A DNA stretch of 64,000 nt, taken from a virus. The DNA lies in IMG/VR virus record IMGVR_UViG_3300028901_000317, positions 10,155-74,154 of that record; one strand, given 5' to 3'. Position numbers and translations under genes: made by a program. Positions 1 through 9,451 of the stretch are shown here, in pieces. Every line of letters begins with the position of its first letter. Position 1 is the first letter of the stretch. The notes under the pieces are model-generated. The model did not search any database. It was not told the DNA's origin and was given only the letters and a program-made list of their open reading frames with translations.

Positions 1-130
1 GGCCGTCGAGAAGGGCCGTCTTGCCGCGACCATTTACTCCCGCAATCACCGTTACCCGATCAGAAAGCGCAAAGGTCGTTTCGCCTTCGAAGGCGCGGTA
101 GTTGGAAATGGTCAGCTCGCGTACTTTCAC
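1..130 (-). CDS. ABC/SMC-like P-loop ATPase (AAA_15/AAA_21 type), 5' end only, runs off the window
   Basis: Manual translation from GTG at 130: MKVRELTISNYRAFEGETTFALSDRVTVIAGVNGRGKTALLDG (NYR/F strand plus Walker A GxNGxGKT). The start overlaps the hsdS stop (GTGA). Confidence 0.8.
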   Translation of the reverse strand, partial: MKVRELTISNYRAFEGETTFALSDRVTVIAGVNGRGKTALLDG

Positions 131-1383
131 GCCGCATCCTCCAGGTCGATCTGTCCTGATACGGCGGCCGCGATAAGGGCAATGCGTCGTTCCTTCAACA
201 GGCTCACAGTGTGCTTCGTCCCCAACGCCACGGCGTCGATGTGCGAAGTGATGTCCGCTAGGTGTTTAACAATCATCCGCTGCTCATGGAGCGGGGGGAC
301 GGCGATGGTCATGTACCCATATCGAAACGGATTGAGGTTGGCTTGCCCAATCGCGGGGATGGCTTCCCCTCGTGCCCACGCCAAGCAGTAGTCAGAGTTG
401 AGCAGTTGATGAAGATAGTCAGGCGCTGCCATGCAGTTCGTCCGGAGTCGCACCAGATAGGAGGCAAATGTACACGGGAAGACGCCAGAGGATCGAACGA
501 TCCCGACTTTGCCTATTGGGTCGAGACTGTTGGTGCGATTGAACAGAAGGTCACCCGCGTTCAGCAATAGCGAGCCGTCCACTTCCTCAACGTACGCCAA
601 CTTTGAGTATCTGATCTCCCCATCGACAATGTCGCCCATGCGGAGCATCGGAACCGTGCCATCCGGCCCAGCTGTCGCGGAGATGCCGTAGGTGGAGTCG
701 GAAAGCACTCGTCGCAAGTGGCACACTGTCCAATGTGCAGGCACGACGCCCAGGCCCTCGTCGCCAGAGTCTCTCATTGCGGCGTTGGCGTCTATCCCGC
801 GCGTAACAGCGTGCGTGATGATGGCACGACGCTTCTCGGTAAGAAGGGAGAGCTGGTGATCCTTTGCCGCGATCATCGCGTCGATCTTTGCGGTCTCCCG
901 ATCGAGATACGCGGCGATCGCTCGCTGGCGCGCAAGCGTGGGGAAGGGAAACCTCAGATTCCTAACCTTCTCAGCGTTCAGGTTGTCTTGCGTGTTGCTA
1001 TTCGCGTCCGCAATCACTCGCGGCTGAAGATATCGAAGTGCCCACGTCATGAATCGCCGATCAACAGTTGCGGGAAGCACTATGCCGAGAATCGCCTGAT
1101 TGATCGTCGCGCCTATGCGTAGCTCAGCGACATGACCGAGCGAGGCGTACATGGAATACAGGAGCACGCCTGGATCAAGTATTTCCATTCGCTTCGACTG
1201 ACGTCCCGCCTCAGTAATCTGTTTGGCCGTAGCGTCAACGTATTCGCAGCTCGACATGTCCGAGATCGCGACCCACGGGATCCCGGGTTCATTCCCGTGA
1301 GCCCAGTACTCGGCACTTGAAGTATCGGGTGTCCCACCTGAGCAAAAGGAAGTTGCGACATGTTTGAGCCTGATGTCACTCAT
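127..1383 (-). CDS. hsdS: Type I restriction-modification specificity subunit
   Basis: Two TRD/conserved-region halves (FPFPTLARQRAIAAYLD...KIDAMI; VPPLHEQRMIVKHL...LLKERRIALIAAAVSGQIDL); ATGA overlap with hsdM. Confidence 0.93.
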   Translation of the reverse strand: MSDIRLKHVATSFCSGGTPDTSSAEYWAHGNEPGIPWVAISDMSSCEYVDATAKQITEAGRQSKRMEILDPGVLLYSMYASLGHVAELRIGATINQAILGIVLPATVDRRFMTWALRYLQPRVIADANSNTQDNLNAEKVRNLRFPFPTLARQRAIAAYLDRETAKIDAMIAAKDHQLSLLTEKRRAIITHAVTRGIDANAAMRDSGDEGLGVVPAHWTVCHLRRVLSDSTYGISATAGPDGTVPMLRMGDIVDGEIRYSKLAYVEEVDGSLLLNAGDLLFNRTNSLDPIGKVGIVRSSGVFPCTFASYLVRLRTNCMAAPDYLHQLLNSDYCLAWARGEAIPAIGQANLNPFRYGYMTIAVPPLHEQRMIVKHLADITSHIDAVALGTKHTVSLLKERRIALIAAAVSGQIDLEDAA

Positions 1384-3395
1384 GCCGTGACCTCCCGCAG
1401 AAGACGCAGAATCTCGTCCTCGGCCCGCTTGAGATCAGCGTCGATCTCACGGAGCGGACGTGGCGGCGTGTAGGTGTAGAAGTAGCGGTTGAAGTTGATC
1501 TCGTACCCCACGGTGTCTTTTTCGCGGTCCATCCACGCGTCGGGCATGTATGGCCGCACCTCCCGCTCGAAATACTCCTCGATGTTCTGCGTGAGTGGCA
1601 CGTTCTCAAAATCGCGGAGATTGGCGTCAGGCTCGAACTTCGAGAACTTCGAGGGCTTGGACGCATTGACGGGCTGCGCCGTTGCCTCTCGGACGGTGAA
1701 GACGTCTCGGAACAGCTTGTGCTCCGTGGCCTTCCACCGGGACTCCCGCCTCTTGAGGAGCGTGAGAATCTGATCCTCGACCGCGTTCCAGTCGTCGAGC
1801 GGGTCGCGGCCGAGCGTCGAGTCGATCGCCTGAACGTCGTCGAGCAGATGTGGGACCACATCAAGGAACCGCGACTTGGCATCGGTCGTCATCTGGTACC
1901 GAAGTCGCAGCGGGCGCTCCACGGCGACTCGCGTGTATCCAAAGTCCTGGTTCTGGAAAACCTTGGAGCGTGCGGATGCACTGAACTCCCCGTAGGCCTT
2001 CACGATCTCGGCAATCTGATCCGGCTCAGAGCCATCCTCCGCGTGCGGGCCTTCACCGATCTTGCGGCGTTTGTCGCCGAGGCTCTTTCGCATGGGGATG
2101 TAGACGTCACGAGCATCAAAGAGGTGGATTTTCCCCTTCCGACGCTTCTCCTTGCGGTTGGTGACGACCCAGATGTACGTCCCGATGCCCGTGTTGTAGA
2201 ACATCTGCTCCGGAAGGGCGACGACGGCCTCCAGCCAGTCGTTCTCGATGATCCACTTGCGGATGTTGCTCTCGCTGGAGCCAGCGCTGCCGGTGAAGAG
2301 GGGTGATCCACTGAAGACGATGGCGAGCCGCGATCCGTGCTTCTGCTGAGCGGGCTGGTTTGGCTCGAACTTGTCGATCATGTGCTGAAGGAACAGCAGC
2401 GAGCCATCGTTCACGCGGGGAAGTCCGGCTCCGAAACGCCCATCAAAGCCACGAGTCTCGTGCTCGCGCGTGATGTCCTTCTGCTGCTTCTTCCAGTCCA
2501 CGCCGAAGGGCGGGTTGGCGATCAGGTAGTCGAACTTCTTGTCGCGAAACTGATCATCAAGGAACGTGTCTCCGAACTTGATGTGTTCGCCTGCGCCGTT
2601 GTGAGCGACCTCTTTGATGAGCATGTCCGATGCGGCGGTCGCAAAGGCACGCTTGTTGTAGTCTTGGCCGTAGGTGTAGAGCTTGGCGTTGAGATTGTGC
2701 TGTTTCAGGTAGTTCTGTGCCTCGGCCAGCATGCCACCAGTGCCGCAGGCCGGGTCGAGCATTGTGCGGACGGCATCACCGGAGAGAAGCTTGTCATCGC
2801 CAATGAACAAGATGTTGATCATCAGCCGGATCACTTCGCGGGGCGTGAAGTGATCACCGGCGGTCTCGTTGGCCAGTTCGTTGAACCTTCTGATAAGGTT
2901 TTCAAAGGCGAGGCCCATTTGGGCGTTGGGCACCGCAGTGGGATGCAAGTCGATATCGGCGAAGCGAGACACGACCAGATAGAGGATGTTGGCCTCTCGC
3001 ATCCGCTCGATCTCGTTGCCGAACTCGAAGTAGTCGAAGATGCGTCGGACGTTTGCGGAGAAGCCGTTGATGTAGCTGACGAGGTGCTTGTCGATGTGAT
3101 CCGGGTCGCCCTTCAGCTTGGCGAAGTCGAGCGGTGAGTGATTGTGGAACCGCTGACCGGCGGCCTTGTCGAGGACCCGATCGAGAGCGTCGCCCGTGAG
3201 CTTTGAGTCTGGCTTGGCCTTGTTCTTCTGGAATGTGGCGAGGACTTTCTCTTTGGTCCCGGCCAGGACACAGTCAAAGCGGCGCAGCACGGTCATGGGA
3301 AGCATGACTCGCTCGTACTGGGGCGGTCGATACGGCCCTCGCAGCAGGTCGGCGATTTCCCAGATCAGATTGGCGAGGTCTTGGTGGTTGGGCAT
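1380..3395 (-). CDS. hsdM: Type I restriction-modification DNA methyltransferase subunit
   Basis: N-terminal LANLIWEIADLLRG, GDHFTPREVI, motif I DPACGTGGML, motif IV ANPPF, C-terminal GYEINFNRYFY. Confidence 0.96.
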   Translation of the reverse strand: MPNHQDLANLIWEIADLLRGPYRPPQYERVMLPMTVLRRFDCVLAGTKEKVLATFQKNKAKPDSKLTGDALDRVLDKAAGQRFHNHSPLDFAKLKGDPDHIDKHLVSYINGFSANVRRIFDYFEFGNEIERMREANILYLVVSRFADIDLHPTAVPNAQMGLAFENLIRRFNELANETAGDHFTPREVIRLMINILFIGDDKLLSGDAVRTMLDPACGTGGMLAEAQNYLKQHNLNAKLYTYGQDYNKRAFATAASDMLIKEVAHNGAGEHIKFGDTFLDDQFRDKKFDYLIANPPFGVDWKKQQKDITREHETRGFDGRFGAGLPRVNDGSLLFLQHMIDKFEPNQPAQQKHGSRLAIVFSGSPLFTGSAGSSESNIRKWIIENDWLEAVVALPEQMFYNTGIGTYIWVVTNRKEKRRKGKIHLFDARDVYIPMRKSLGDKRRKIGEGPHAEDGSEPDQIAEIVKAYGEFSASARSKVFQNQDFGYTRVAVERPLRLRYQMTTDAKSRFLDVVPHLLDDVQAIDSTLGRDPLDDWNAVEDQILTLLKRRESRWKATEHKLFRDVFTVREATAQPVNASKPSKFSKFEPDANLRDFENVPLTQNIEEYFEREVRPYMPDAWMDREKDTVGYEINFNRYFYTYTPPRPLREIDADLKRAEDEILRLLREVTA

Positions 3396-3784
3396 GTCTC
3401 GACTTCGGTCAGAGGATGTTCAGCAATCTAGCGAGGGGTGGCGCGACGACCGCGCCCTGCGTCGGCGAAGTGTTTGTGAAACCTTTATTGTTTGCTGACC
3501 ATCTTCAGCGGGATCTTTCTCGTTTCGACAAGTTTGTGAGCGTGTCGGTAATGGTATCAATTCCTGACGATTCGGCGCAGCGGAGGCTCATCGCTCGCAT
3601 ATCTTGAGGTCGCGCGTCCGGACTTTGGAAGGCTGGACGACCGAGAAACTCCAGCCGCAACGAACTGCGGGGCTGGAACAGGTCGAACACTTTCAAGCCT
3701 CTGCTCCGTACGGTGCTCCCATATCGCCGCGAGCTTGAAGCGTCTTCCGTTGTGCAGCCCCATGGCCACGATGAAGGAAAGCCG

Positions 3785-4315
3785 TCACGCGCCGCACAAT
3801 CGTTGCATCCACCAGTCATATCGTGCCTCGCCAGATCCAGGTGAGTACCGGGCATAGCGCGAGATGCATTGAATTACCTCGATGACTTCAACTTTGGTGA
3901 CCGCTGGCTCCCACGCCGCTACCACGTCAGGCGTAGTGAGAACTTGAACTTCAAGAGACGCCGCCTTCTTCCGGGCTTTTCTCTCATCGGTCAGCAAAAC
4001 GAGATCGCGCGCCTTTGCAAGTGCCAGCCCCATCGCTTCGCCATCATCCAAATCGGCAGCGAGTTCGACATAAAGAGCTAGCTCGCGATCGTTCGCCGGT
4101 GACGCAACCGTGAGCTTCAGTTCAGAAATCACTTGGCCGATCTCGACTCGAGTGGCATTCTCATCGGGGTGCGGCGCGGCGATATAAAGCATCTCTCTCT
4201 TCACGGCTTCCGGAATTGCGATTGGGCACCCGACGGACTGGAGCAAACTGTGTGCCCGACCGGATGCAAAGAAGTTGATAAAGCAGCAGGTATCGATGAC
4301 GTGCTTTGGGGACAA
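3785..4315 (-). CDS. PIN-domain protein (putative RNase toxin)
   Basis: VIDTCCFI, IPEAVKRE, LDDGEAMGLALA, LLTDERKAR give the PIN acidic-residue pattern; 3 nt downstream of an XRE-ImmA gene. Confidence 0.8.
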   Translation of the reverse strand: MSPKHVIDTCCFINFFASGRAHSLLQSVGCPIAIPEAVKREMLYIAAPHPDENATRVEIGQVISELKLTVASPANDRELALYVELAADLDDGEAMGLALAKARDLVLLTDERKARKKAASLEVQVLTTPDVVAAWEPAVTKVEVIEVIQCISRYARYSPGSGEARYDWWMQRLCGA

Positions 4316-4318
4316 GGA

Positions 4319-5530
4319 TCAACCCTCCTTCCTGAGGAGGGAGCCTTCGAGTGGCAACTCTACCGTTTGGCCGTTCCATTCGACCGATGCACGCTCACGC
4401 CACTCAGATACCAGTCGGCGGGCCTCCACGCGATCGGTTCTCAGGAACCGAACGAGTTGCCCTTCGGTTATCAGCTCCTCATCAAGCGCTCGAAGAGCCA
4501 GAACGAGGTAGCGGGTGGGAAAGGAGCTGTCAAAGTCACTGTGCGCGTCGAGCGCGAGCTCCGAGCGAGCGGCGTGCGGCTTGAAGCCACGCTCCAAGAG
4601 GTACTCGTATGAGCCTTCACTGATGAGCTTCAGTTGTTCAAGCCGTAATGCCATGGCCTGCACCGACACGAAGAAAAACTGAGCGACTCGGCAAAGGTCG
4701 GCGACCTGGAAGTCGCCCGAGCTGCGGATAGTCTCAGCAACATGTCGCCGAACGCCGGTGCGAGGCATTAGAAACGCCATACCGAAAGCCTCAACGAAGC
4801 GCTCCGATGCTGGCTTGCGGGCCGGACCGTGCAGGTAGTTCACGCCGGGCTTGTATCGCTCGGTCAAGAAGTGGCCGTACTCGTGCGCGATCGTGGCGCG
4901 GCGCCGCTCGGGCGGGTGCTTTCGATTGACCAGAATACAAGGGCCACTTTCAACGGAGTAGGCGTAGAGGCCCGAAACGGTCGAGGGAAGTGCCCAGTAG
5001 AAGATGCGGACGCCGCCCTCGGCTTCAAGTAGGTCGCGGAGTGCTCTGACGGGTTGATCGCCGAGGCCTAGACGCGAACGTTCTCGAATGGCCGCATCTT
5101 CGGCCCACTCCTCGATGTTGCCGCGAGTTGGAATCGGAATTTCGGGTGGGTAGTTGGTGAGAAGCGGTGCCTTCATCATCCGCTCGAGGCCCCGGTAGTC
5201 AGACGCGAGTTGTTCCAGTTCGCCCAGGGCGGTCTCGACTTCGGCCGCTTCCTCCGGCTGGGTCGAGATGATCGCACGGAGGTGCGGTTGCAGCTCAACT
5301 GCGGGCATGTCCGGCCGGACAAGCTCGTGGAGCGAACGCCCATAAATCTGAGCCAGCTTGACGAGTTCTTCGTTTGACGGGACACGTTGCCCCTTCTCGA
5401 TAGCGATGAACGTCGGACGGCTGAGCCCGAGCTCCTGGGCCACGGCCTCCTGCGTGAGGCCTCGCCGCTTTCTCGCGAGTGCCAGGCGCTTGCCTAGCAA
5501 CTGCGGGTCTAGTTTTTCTGAGTCCTTCAT
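4319..5530 (-). CDS. XRE-family HTH fused to ImmA/IrrE (M78) metallopeptidase domain
   Basis: N-terminal RLALARKRRGLTQEAVAQELGLSRPTFIAIEKG; RRRATIAHEYGH (HExxH); EAFGMAFLMP. Confidence 0.9.
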   Translation of the reverse strand: MKDSEKLDPQLLGKRLALARKRRGLTQEAVAQELGLSRPTFIAIEKGQRVPSNEELVKLAQIYGRSLHELVRPDMPAVELQPHLRAIISTQPEEAAEVETALGELEQLASDYRGLERMMKAPLLTNYPPEIPIPTRGNIEEWAEDAAIRERSRLGLGDQPVRALRDLLEAEGGVRIFYWALPSTVSGLYAYSVESGPCILVNRKHPPERRRATIAHEYGHFLTERYKPGVNYLHGPARKPASERFVEAFGMAFLMPRTGVRRHVAETIRSSGDFQVADLCRVAQFFFVSVQAMALRLEQLKLISEGSYEYLLERGFKPHAARSELALDAHSDFDSSFPTRYLVLALRALDEELITEGQLVRFLRTDRVEARRLVSEWRERASVEWNGQTVELPLEGSLLRKEG

Positions 5531-6873
5531 GACACGATCTCCTCACGCTGTTCGTTCATCCACTTGGACCACGGGACACCACGCTCCGCGGCTACCCGGG
5601 CAACTTGCTCCCATTCACGCCGGTACCTCTGAAGAAGATCCGTCTCCGCCTCCCAGCCCGTGCCATCATGCCGCGGCACTTGGCTGGAGCGGAAGTAGCG
5701 CTCCGCGACAGATGGGAGACCATCTCCTGCTTCACTGAGCAGGGCGACCTGCATCAAGGTGGCCTTGAGGTACGCATCCTCACCGGGTCGAAGTAATGCC
5801 ATCGCTCGTGCATCAAGGATGTCAGCCTTGTAGCTCGCTTCGTCGTCCGCAACGCCCCCAGCTACAAAGGCCTGTCGCCTACCGATGCACGCTGCGCAAA
5901 CCCCGCAGTGCCGCGGCGTGCCTCGCTCTCGGGGCGAGGTGTGAATGCAGCTAAAGCTACTGACGGCCAGGTCTCGCAGATGCGGGGGCCGAAGGACCGA
6001 AACCAACTCGGCCTTGGTACGAAGCGAATGCGGGAGCACGAAGCTCATGGGTCGGTCAAGCACCGCGGCCCCAAGCTCGCTCATTTGCGAGAGGAAGCGA
6101 GGATGGCAGCCCTTCGTGGTCCGGCCACTTACAGACATGCCCTGCATCAAAGGGACGTTGAGCGCCCCTACCCCATTCTCGTATACCTCGATTCGTTGCG
6201 CCCCCAGTGCATAGGCGGCTCCGATACCAAGTGCTGCGAAGATGAAGCCGCGGCACCGCTGAGATTGCTCCTGCTCGTCGAGTGGTGGCGGATTGATCAG
6301 AGCCATGCGGACGAAGAGCGGGAAGACCCTCTTGCCGAAGTGCGAGTTGAGGCCAGCGATATGCCCCTCTACACGTGACCGTAGACGTGCCACATGCACC
6401 ATCGTGACAGACGTGACCCGATCGCTCGTCGCCGCAAGGCGAGTGGCAAGGCCCGCAAGCGAATCCAGGCCACCGCTGTAGAGGCAAACCGTGTCGTGGG
6501 CTTCAAGCAGTGAGGTCTGCCACTGACACACTTGTCCCTGCTCAAACTCGAAGCACCACTGGTCACCGCTTAGCGTCATTAGTGCTGACTGAAGGGCTGC
6601 ACTTTCAGTGGACCAGAAGTCCGGATCTGAAACCCGAGCACAAATGCGAATCTCGCGAGCGGGGCCGTGTACGGAGCTCTGGTAACTCCGGCGTACACGA
6701 CGGTCGATGGAGTATATGCCCGCAGCAATTGCGAGCAGGTCACGCACTCTCGGAGGAGCGTCCGAAGAGAGAGGGCCAAAGAGCTCGTCGGCTCGCAGCC
6801 TGTAGTGCGTCTCTGGGAGTAGAGCGCCACTCACGCTCGAAGGATGCACAACTTCGTAGGTGAGGCCGTTCAT
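5527..6873 (-). CDS. QueC-like PP-loop ATP pyrophosphatase (QatC-like)
   Basis: CLYSGGLDS PP-loop, QRCRGFIF, YENG, TKAE, and the Zn-type cluster SC...HCGVCAACIGRR; N-terminal DLLAIAAGIYSIDR extension as in QatC-like proteins. Confidence 0.8.
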   Translation of the reverse strand: MNGLTYEVVHPSSVSGALLPETHYRLRADELFGPLSSDAPPRVRDLLAIAAGIYSIDRRVRRSYQSSVHGPAREIRICARVSDPDFWSTESAALQSALMTLSGDQWCFEFEQGQVCQWQTSLLEAHDTVCLYSGGLDSLAGLATRLAATSDRVTSVTMVHVARLRSRVEGHIAGLNSHFGKRVFPLFVRMALINPPPLDEQEQSQRCRGFIFAALGIGAAYALGAQRIEVYENGVGALNVPLMQGMSVSGRTTKGCHPRFLSQMSELGAAVLDRPMSFVLPHSLRTKAELVSVLRPPHLRDLAVSSFSCIHTSPRERGTPRHCGVCAACIGRRQAFVAGGVADDEASYKADILDARAMALLRPGEDAYLKATLMQVALLSEAGDGLPSVAERYFRSSQVPRHDGTGWEAETDLLQRYRREWEQVARVAAERGVPWSKWMNEQREEIVS

Positions 6874-7457
6874 GAGCCCGCTCCCCGCCGAGAGAGCAGC
6901 GACTCCCCGAGAAGGCTTCGCTGAAGCCCATCACGTTCGGCTTGGGAACGTGGCGGAGTGCGGGGTGCCCTACTTGGATTGGATGCGATTTGTCGGGCGA
7001 TGTTCTGCAATCCAGGCTCTGCGAGGCGTTCCACTTGTGCTCGGAAAGCGCGAGACTCGGAGAACGATGCGAAGCGAGTCGGCATCGCTTCGTGCTCGAT
7101 CTGGTCGAGGAACTTGCCGCCGATAGCTCGGCAATGGTTGCCCATGGTCGTCTCGGCGTCTTGCCCGCAAGGCTCTTCAGCCAACAGGTGCGCGTACTGG
7201 TGTCCATGGCACCTAGACAAGACGACATCGCGCTCGCTCTCGCCGCGCTGCATGGCACCGAGCAAGTCACCGAGGGGGAACTCCGGCCCGCCCCGCATCT
7301 GGTCATGCCTGAGAATCCGCGACAGCGTTCCCTTCACGCACCTGACCAAACAGTTAGCCGCTTCGTCGGCGCTGGCACCGCTCAGTACTCGGTCGCAGAG
7401 AACACGCCACCGCTTACTCCGCCGGTCTCCAAGATCAAGAGTTTCATTTTCTGCCAT
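6870..7457 (-). CDS. Hypothetical protein, first gene of the QueC-like operon
   Basis: 195-aa ORF with a GAGGA RBS; stop overlaps the QueC-like start (ATGA); no motif recognised. Confidence 0.7.
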   Translation of the reverse strand: MAENETLDLGDRRSKRWRVLCDRVLSGASADEAANCLVRCVKGTLSRILRHDQMRGGPEFPLGDLLGAMQRGESERDVVLSRCHGHQYAHLLAEEPCGQDAETTMGNHCRAIGGKFLDQIEHEAMPTRFASFSESRAFRAQVERLAEPGLQNIARQIASNPSRAPRTPPRSQAERDGLQRSLLGESLLSRRGAGS

Positions 7458-7490
7458 GGCCGCATTTATCCTCGACTGGTCCCAGCGAAA

Positions 7491-7538
7491 GACTTTACAA
7501 AGTCAATTCATTATCGTCGAAATGCGCGAATATGTCAA
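7491..7538 (-). promoter_or_regulatory. Sigma70-type promoter with overlapping inverted-repeat operator
   Basis: Minus strand TTGACA-N17-GATAAT (7538-7510), then the inverted repeat GACTTT-AC-AAAGTC (7491-7504) at the expected start site. Confidence 0.7.
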
Positions 7539-7888
7539 GAAGCTGGGTTCAAGGCCTTTCGATTTAGACCACGTTCAAGATACCGACTTGGGTACCGCTC
7601 GAACGAAATGGGCAACAAAGAAACGCTCCGCCCGAACCAATCTTCGCTTCGATCTGTTCTTCCGAAATCGTCCAGGTTGCAGCCTAAGACGCTACTTCTC
7701 AAGTTTTCCCGTGATCGAGGTGCGGGCTCTGTCTGCTTCGGAAACCGGGGTAATCGCTCACCCCCGTGTGTGCCAGCCCCGGTGGGATGGCGAGCGAAAC
7801 CGCGGCATAACTGGCACCCATGTGAAGACTCCCCTTGGAGGCACTACCCGGCTTGTTGCCGGTGGATGCCGTCCACGGAGAGTCCACT

Positions 7889-9451
7889 GTGGCAAATCCC
7901 ACCCGTCCGATAGTGTCACAACCCGCCCGCCCCACCTCTTCCCTGCGCATCGAGATCATCCCGGTCTCGAAGATCAACCCCGCCCCGTACAACCCGCGGG
8001 TTGCGCTTGTGCCGGGTGACCCCGAGTACCAAAAGCTCGCCCGGTCGCTGGACGAGTTCGGGTTGGTCGAGCCCCTGGTGTGGAACCGCCGCACCAGGAC
8101 GCTGGTGGGCGGGCATCAGCGTTTCACGGTGCTGGTGGCGCAGGGAAAGACCGAGATCCCCGTCAGCGTGGTCGACCTGCCCGTCGAGCGCGAAAAAGCA
8201 CTCAACCTCGCGCTGAACAAGATCACCGGGCGCTGGGACGAGGACAAGCTCGCTCAACTGCTCCATGACTTGTCGATTGTGCCCGACTTCGATCTGGCGA
8301 TCACCGGATTTGAACTGCCCGAGGCCAAGTCGCTGATCGCCGAGCACCTGTTGGCAATGGGCGGCGATGGTGATGACGGCTTTGACGTGGAAGCAGCACT
8401 GGCCGCGGCGGGCCCCACGGTCACCAAGGCGGGTGATCTGATCTTGCTCGGCCGCGACCCGCGCACCCAGCACCGCCTGCTCTGTGGTGACAGCACCAAT
8501 CCCGAGGACGTGCGGCGGCTCATGAACGGCGAGCGGGCCGCGCTGTTTGCCACCGACCCGCCGTACCTGGTCGGCTACGACGGCACCAATCACGTCACCA
8601 GCAAGGCCAACCGGCGCAAGATGGCCGTGCGCAAGCTGAGCAATCCGGCTGGAAAGACTGAAGCTCACAAGGACTGGTCGGCGACCTACGGCATCACCTG
8701 GGACGACGCCAAGGCGAACCCCGATCTGTACGACACGTTCTGCAACGTGGCGATCCAAGAAGCGATCATGCAGAATGCGGCGTGGTATTGCTGGTACGCC
8801 AGCAGCCGTCACAGCATGCTTGAAGCAGTGTGGAAGAAGCATGGCGTGCTACCGCACTGCCAGATCATCTGGGCCAAGAACCGTCCCATCTTGACCCGCT
8901 CCTGGTATACCTGGCAGCACGAACCCTGCTTGATGGGCTGGCTGCAGGGCAAGAAGCCCAAGCGGGCCGACAAGACGGTGCTCTCCACACTCTGGCAGGT
9001 GCCCACATTGGCGACGGGTCCCGACCGTCCGGATCATCCGACTCCAAAGCCTTTGGAACTCTTTGAGATACCGATCCGCCAGCACACTCGCGGCGGGGAC
9101 ATCTGCTACGAGCCCTTCGCCGGGTCTGGCACCCAGATCATGGCCGCGCAACGGCTGGGCCGGCGCTGCTACGCCATCGAGATCAGCCCCCGATATATCG
9201 ATGTCATCGTGCGGCGGTTCATCGCTGCCGCTGGCGCAGATGCCGTGAGCCCGGAGATCGCCAAGAAGTACCGGGTGGTAGCGGAAGAGTCGGCGGCCGC
9301 GGCGTCCAGGCGCGGACGGTCACTGAAGGTCTCCGCCAAGCCCGCGCCATGCCCATCTGAGGCGCAACGGGCGAACCAACCTCCCGAACTCGACGCGGTG
9401 AAATCGGCCAGCGCGTGCCTGCCGACGCCGCCATTGACCAAGGCCGGGTGA
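7889..9451 (+). CDS. ParB-like domain + DNA methyltransferase (N6/N4), copy A
   Basis: INPAPYNPR...LVEPLVWN...GGHQR (ParB-like); TDPPY; HPTPKP; YEPFAGSGTQ. Start set at GTG 7889 by alignment with copy B and a GGAG RBS. Confidence 0.88.
   Translation: MANPTRPIVSQPARPTSSLRIEIIPVSKINPAPYNPRVALVPGDPEYQKLARSLDEFGLVEPLVWNRRTRTLVGGHQRFTVLVAQGKTEIPVSVVDLPVEREKALNLALNKITGRWDEDKLAQLLHDLSIVPDFDLAITGFELPEAKSLIAEHLLAMGGDGDDGFDVEAALAAAGPTVTKAGDLILLGRDPRTQHRLLCGDSTNPEDVRRLMNGERAALFATDPPYLVGYDGTNHVTSKANRRKMAVRKLSNPAGKTEAHKDWSATYGITWDDAKANPDLYDTFCNVAIQEAIMQNAAWYCWYASSRHSMLEAVWKKHGVLPHCQIIWAKNRPILTRSWYTWQHEPCLMGWLQGKKPKRADKTVLSTLWQVPTLATGPDRPDHPTPKPLELFEIPIRQHTRGGDICYEPFAGSGTQIMAAQRLGRRCYAIEISPRYIDVIVRRFIAAAGADAVSPEIAKKYRVVAEESAAAASRRGRSLKVSAKPAPCPSEAQRANQPPELDAVKSASACLPTPPLTKAG

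Noticed and set aside
3396-3784. Short ORFs and a hairpin (about 3648-3678) between the PIN gene and hsdM
   Set aside because: No motifs; the hairpin has no U-tract, so I did not call a terminator.
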